This document shows positions 60,259-64,000 of a DNA stretch of 64,000 nucleotides, one piece after another. Within the stretch, counting starts at the first letter, position 1. The number at the start of each line of letters is the position of its first letter. Position numbers and translations under genes: made by a program. Under the pieces are notes generated by a model. The model was not told the DNA's origin, made no database searches, and was given only the letters and a program-made list of their open reading frames with translations. The stretch comes from Eubacteriales bacterium (lineage in GTDB: Bacteria; Bacillota; Clostridia; Oscillospirales; SIG627): NCBI GenBank assembly GCA_045541915.1, contig JAZQJZ010000007.1, positions 32,781 to 96,780 on the forward strand. The letters run 5' to 3'.

Positions 60259-63200
60259 TTATGCTGCCTGATAGTTGACACAAGCCTGAACCAGTTCAGC
60301 CAGAGCATCTACTTTTGCTTTTTCAGCTGCATCGTCCGAATCAGCGTATTCGTTTTGTACATACTCGGTCAGACCCTTGATGCTGGTATAGGTTTCAGCA
60401 GCACAGGTGCCGAGAATGCCGGTATACTCGTCAGCAACGTTGCCGTCGATGTAAATACCAACAAACAGGTTTTCATTGGGATTCTCAAGGCTGACATAGA
60501 AATCAACCGTGATATCGGTGCCTTCAACATTTACAGTGTAATAGTAATCAGCAAGTTCGTTCCAAGCGCCATCAACCTTTGCATAGAGGGAGATCTTATC
60601 TGCCAAGCTTGCATCGGTAATGGTACCGGAGAAGCGAATACCAACTGCATCGCCCATCAGCATGGACACAGTGTTGAACTTCAGGCCGAGACCGTTTGCG
60701 GAATAGAACTGAGGATCAGCAGCATCGTGCTTCACAAAGTCAGCTGCAAAATCATACTTCTTCTCCACACCGGCACAAACGGATGCGCCGTAGTTGTAAA
60801 TGGCCTTAAAGAGATTAGCCGCATCTCCTTCAGAGTTCTGGTCAAGACCGAGATCGCAGATCTCGAAGATGGTGAGCTCGTTGCAGAATGCGCTTCCGGC
60901 AAAGGTAACAGCCTTATCGAAGTGATCGGGAGCCACTGCCTTCATTTGGAACTTGTAATAGCCGCCGTCTGCCACGGAATTTTCATTAATCACGCCGGTG
61001 CCAAGCACATAAAGGTTGGAGCCGTCATCGCTCAAATCCATGGTGAGAGTGAACTTCAGTGCGCCGATCTTCTTTTCGCCATCTACGATGATCTCGTTGC
61101 GAGAAGCAGCGTAAGTTTCGTAATCAGTTTCGGAGATCCAAACGTTGAGAATGATTCTGGCATCCACATCCATTACAACGCTGAAGTTCATAGAAGCGCC
61201 GGTGTAAGTGATCACGTCAACTTCATTTTCTTCGCCAACGGTAACGGTGGAATCTGCCTTCTTCAGGTAAACGCCGTTGATGCCAGGAGTAACAGGAACC
61301 ACCTTATCAACGCCATCCTCGGTCAGGAAGGTAACATAGGTCTTGTCGATGGTCCAGCCGTCTTGATTTGCGGAGTAGATTCTCACATCGCCAACTTCGG
61401 TTACTTTGTTCTCATCCAGAACATCAGTCACAGAAGTGGGAACGCCGGTGAGGAAGGATCCGCGGCCGCTGTCTTCATCAATTGCGGAATCGAGAAGGGT
61501 AATGTCGCCAATCAGATAGATATTGATATAGTCATAATCTAAGGCATGGTCTCTCTTGGTGCCTTCCCAAATGGGCTTGTTAAAGGTACCAGCCTTAATA
61601 TAGACGTTGATCTCAGCCTCCTGGGTACCGTTAATATGGCTTCCGGCAAGGCCGACCTGGCTTGCTTTTCTCGTGGAGAATACCGGAATTTCATCGCCAT
61701 ACTTATCAACGTAAACCGTAACAGATCCCGTACCGCCTTTGGTGCCTAAAGCAACAAATTCATGGCCGGTGTAACCACCGTTAAAGTAAATAACGTGGTT
61801 ACCGGTAATTTCGCTGCGGCTGCCCCAGAAGGTGCCGTTAAATTCGCAGCTGTTAACGGTGGTAACAATGTCACCGGTGAATTCGCCGTCTCTGGTCACG
61901 TCATAGTTGCCCGCCACGTAGCAATTCGTCATGGTATTCACTACATCACCGGTCAAGTAAGCTGCACGACCGAGAACGAAGATAGAATAACCACTTTGAC
62001 CATCAGCCGACGAGCCGTTGTAATTAAAGTTGGTATTGGAAATCTCAGACTTCACATTACCCACATTGCCTTTAACACTGTTCAAGCCGTAATAAATTAC
62101 GTTGAAGTTGGAGTTTGTAATATTATTGGTAAGAGCGTAGATGGGATTGCCCTCTCCATCTTCGGTGGCTTCTGCGGTAAGAGCAATCACGCCGGTGCCG
62201 CGGAAGTTACCGTGTTTCACGGTAGTTTCGGTTGTAACTTCATCGCCAGTATCCGGATCGGTCGTCTGGTTGAAGGTCAAACCGTCAATGTTATTGGTGA
62301 TCTTCACATCAACACCTGCTTTGGAACCGCCGTAGAACTCGGTGCCGTTCAGAATGACATTGGTAATGTTGTTGGTAATGTCATACTTATATCCCTGACC
62401 ATTGGTATGGGCACCGCCATAGAAGGTTCCAATGTTAAGGGTAGCAGAGCCTTCTTCGGCGGATGCAGGATCCTTGCAAAGGTGGTTGGTAACCGTTACA
62501 GTAGGTGCAGGATCGGCAGCTTTGTTATTATTACGGGCACCACCGTAGAACTCGGTGATGTTACCGCCGTAGATGTAGTTGTTGATGCTTTCAGGGACGA
62601 GGGTTGATTCACCATTGTAGCCGCAAAATGTAGCAATGTCACCACCATAAATATAGTTTTCAATGGGAGCGTCATTGTTGTGCATTCCATACAAAACGCC
62701 GATATCGCCCGCATAGAACTTATTGACCACTTTTCCGGTGGTAGAGTAAGAACCGTAGAAGGTACCGATCGTGGGAACTCGACCCTCATAGGCCTGAACG
62801 ATTGTTGTTGTCGTTCCACCAACATTACTCTGACCGGATCCCCAAATACGTCCCGCAAAGTTAGAAGCGCCTTGAACGGTCAGATTTACATCGCCGGTGA
62901 TTTCTGAGTGGCTTGCATAATATCTAGAGTTTACATAAGAATCGGTAATGGTTGTCGTAGCATCGCCCATAACTTTTTTGCTGGAGGTTCCGTAGCAACC
63001 TGCGCTGCTACCGGTATTACCGATCTTGACACCGTCGAGAACTACCTCAACGTTACCGGCAACAGTAGCACCACTTCCGGTGAATTGTCCATTCAAAACA
63101 ACATTAGAGCCAGTAACTTTGCCGTCAGCAATCGTAGGAGTTCCTTTGAATTCGGTTCTCACCGCAGTATCAGTGCCATTATTAACAGTAGCACCCAGCG

Positions 63201-64000
63201 CAGCAAAGTTACCTGTAAGAGTAATGGAGCCTTCTTGACCCTCAGCAAGGCCGATAATATTGGTTACAGATTTGCATCCCTTTCTGTTGCCAACAAATTT
63301 ACCGGTAATATCACCGCGAATAATATTGGTAATATGATCAGCAGTGAAGGTAGTATCTGCAGCATAAACGGTGAATTCACCGTCTCCTTCAACTGTAATA
63401 TCAGAAAAGATTTCGGTGGTAAGGCCATTCAGCTCATATTCTGCGGGAATGCTGGCAAGGTATTTATCAGCATCGTAAGTACCGCGAATGACGGTGTGCA
63501 GATTGGAAACACCGGTCGGCAAGGTATAGAAAGCACCTGCCCAGTTTGCAGCGTAGTCATTCTTCAGCGTGGTTACAGCTGAACCTCTGGAAAGGTTGAA
63601 GGTTCCAATTTCGCCGGTTCCGTCGCAAGCAAATACATTATTTACTTCTGCGAGAGTACCAGTGGAGGAGGAACCTGCACCGTAGAAATTGGTAATCGTG
63701 GCACCTTCATAGATGGTGTTGGTGACGGGATAGGTCTGGGCCATGTTTGTGGTACCGCCAAGGCCGTAAAAATTCTTAAGATTCGCGCCTGCATAAACAT
63801 AGTTTTCCACAGGGCCCTTGGAAGCACCGCGGCTTGCGACAAATTGAGATGCTGCACCCGCTGACATATCAGCATAGATATGGTTCTCATTCACTTCAGT
63901 TGCAGAGAAAACGCCGCTGATACCAACGTTATGAACTGTACCGGAGCTATTATTCAGAACGGGTTTTCCATTCACGGTAAGAACTGCTTTACCATAGATG
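60259..64000 (-). CDS. Giant repetitive (predicted beta-helical) surface/adhesin-like protein, N-terminus beyond window edge
   Basis: The frame stays open past the track's GTG at 63975 to position 64000 (...IYGKAVLTVNGKPV), so the protein exceeds 1246 aa. Degenerate repeats NxIYGGxIxxFYGG recur. Gly/Asn/Thr-rich. No LPxTG-type C-terminal signal. Confidence 0.8.
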   Translation of the reverse strand, partial: IYGKAVLTVNGKPVLNNSSGTVHNVGISGVFSATEVNENHIYADMSAGAASQFVASRGASKGPVENYVYAGANLKNFYGLGGTTNMAQTYPVTNTIYEGATITNFYGAGSSSTGTLAEVNNVFACDGTGEIGTFNLSRGSAVTTLKNDYAANWAGAFYTLPTGVSNLHTVIRGTYDADKYLASIPAEYELNGLTTEIFSDITVEGDGEFTVYAADTTFTADHITNIIRGDITGKFVGNRKGCKSVTNIIGLAEGQEGSITLTGNFAALGATVNNGTDTAVRTEFKGTPTIADGKVTGSNVVLNGQFTGSGATVAGNVEVVLDGVKIGNTGSSAGCYGTSSKKVMGDATTTITDSYVNSRYYASHSEITGDVNLTVQGASNFAGRIWGSGQSNVGGTTTTIVQAYEGRVPTIGTFYGSYSTTGKVVNKFYAGDIGVLYGMHNNDAPIENYIYGGDIATFCGYNGESTLVPESINNYIYGGNITEFYGGARNNNKAADPAPTVTVTNHLCKDPASAEEGSATLNIGTFYGGAHTNGQGYKYDITNNITNVILNGTEFYGGSKAGVDVKITNNIDGLTFNQTTDPDTGDEVTTETTVKHGNFRGTGVIALTAEATEDGEGNPIYALTNNITNSNFNVIYYGLNSVKGNVGNVKSEISNTNFNYNGSSADGQSGYSIFVLGRAAYLTGDVVNTMTNCYVAGNYDVTRDGEFTGDIVTTVNSCEFNGTFWGSRSEITGNHVIYFNGGYTGHEFVALGTKGGTGSVTVYVDKYGDEIPVFSTRKASQVGLAGSHINGTQEAEINVYIKAGTFNKPIWEGTKRDHALDYDYINIYLIGDITLLDSAIDEDSGRGSFLTGVPTSVTDVLDENKVTEVGDVRIYSANQDGWTIDKTYVTFLTEDGVDKVVPVTPGINGVYLKKADSTVTVGEENEVDVITYTGASMNFSVVMDVDARIILNVWISETDYETYAASRNEIIVDGEKKIGALKFTLTMDLSDDGSNLYVLGTGVINENSVADGGYYKFQMKAVAPDHFDKAVTFAGSAFCNELTIFEICDLGLDQNSEGDAANLFKAIYNYGASVCAGVEKKYDFAADFVKHDAADPQFYSANGLGLKFNTVSMLMGDAVGIRFSGTITDASLADKISLYAKVDGAWNELADYYYTVNVEGTDITVDFYVSLENPNENLFVGIYIDGNVADEYTGILGTCAAETYTSIKGLTEYVQNEYADSDDAAEKAKVDALAELVQACVNYQAA

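Noticed and set aside
60355-63582. Several 220-395-aa plus-strand ORFs
   Set aside because: They are antisense to the giant repetitive protein. The minus-strand frame is continuous for more than 3.7 kb and is followed by an SD-led ORF and a terminator.

Overview
This 64-kb window looks like chromosome from a moderate-GC, endospore-forming Firmicute with Clostridia-type gene content. The species cannot be named from the sequence alone. I count about 60 protein-coding genes and no rRNA, tRNA or CRISPR. Most of the window is core metabolism and housekeeping. This includes a BY-kinase capsule-regulator trio (a PHP phosphatase missing from the ORF track, CpsD-like, CpsC-like) next to a NahK-like kinase, pfkA, lon-engB, an XPD/DinG-like helicase and sortase B. 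It also includes two sigma-like regulators, a GT2-GtrA surface-glycosylation operon, a pduL/NifU-like/GGGtGRT operon, spoVF (dpaAB) and CIRCE-hrcA-grpE-dnaK-dnaJ. The remainder covers dusB, a DUF3343 plus class-V aminotransferase pair, an MsmX-like ATPase, a polyprenyl synthase, a DD-carboxypeptidase, a type IIA topoisomerase B subunit, and a kinase-SIS-TIM-YjbQ sugar operon. Six items stand out. (1) A monocistronic 1189-aa cytoplasmic protein made of three ~390-aa modules, each with an NlpC/P60-like Cys...His signature. (2) Apparently intact orphan phage terminase small and large subunit genes, split by an opposite-strand TPP riboswitch-thiT-thiN operon and fused into host operon structure. 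(3) A compact XRE/XRE/AbrB-Zn-ribbon cassette with back-to-back promoters, operator repeats, a candidate ~150-nt small transcript, and three near-identical bidirectional terminators. (4) A decaying head-to-tail array of three RAYT (IS200-like Y1 transposase) copies with eight GTAG-headed REP hairpins, two of them in frame inside the ORF. (5) A giant repetitive (probably beta-helical) protein that runs off the window and is co-transcribed with a 60-aa Gly/Ser/Thr/Asn-rich peptide. (6) Several perfect-consensus promoters with embedded palindromic operators. All family assignments rest on motif recognition by eye; no database search was run. The many near-full-length antisense ORFs in the track are treated as shadow ORFs.
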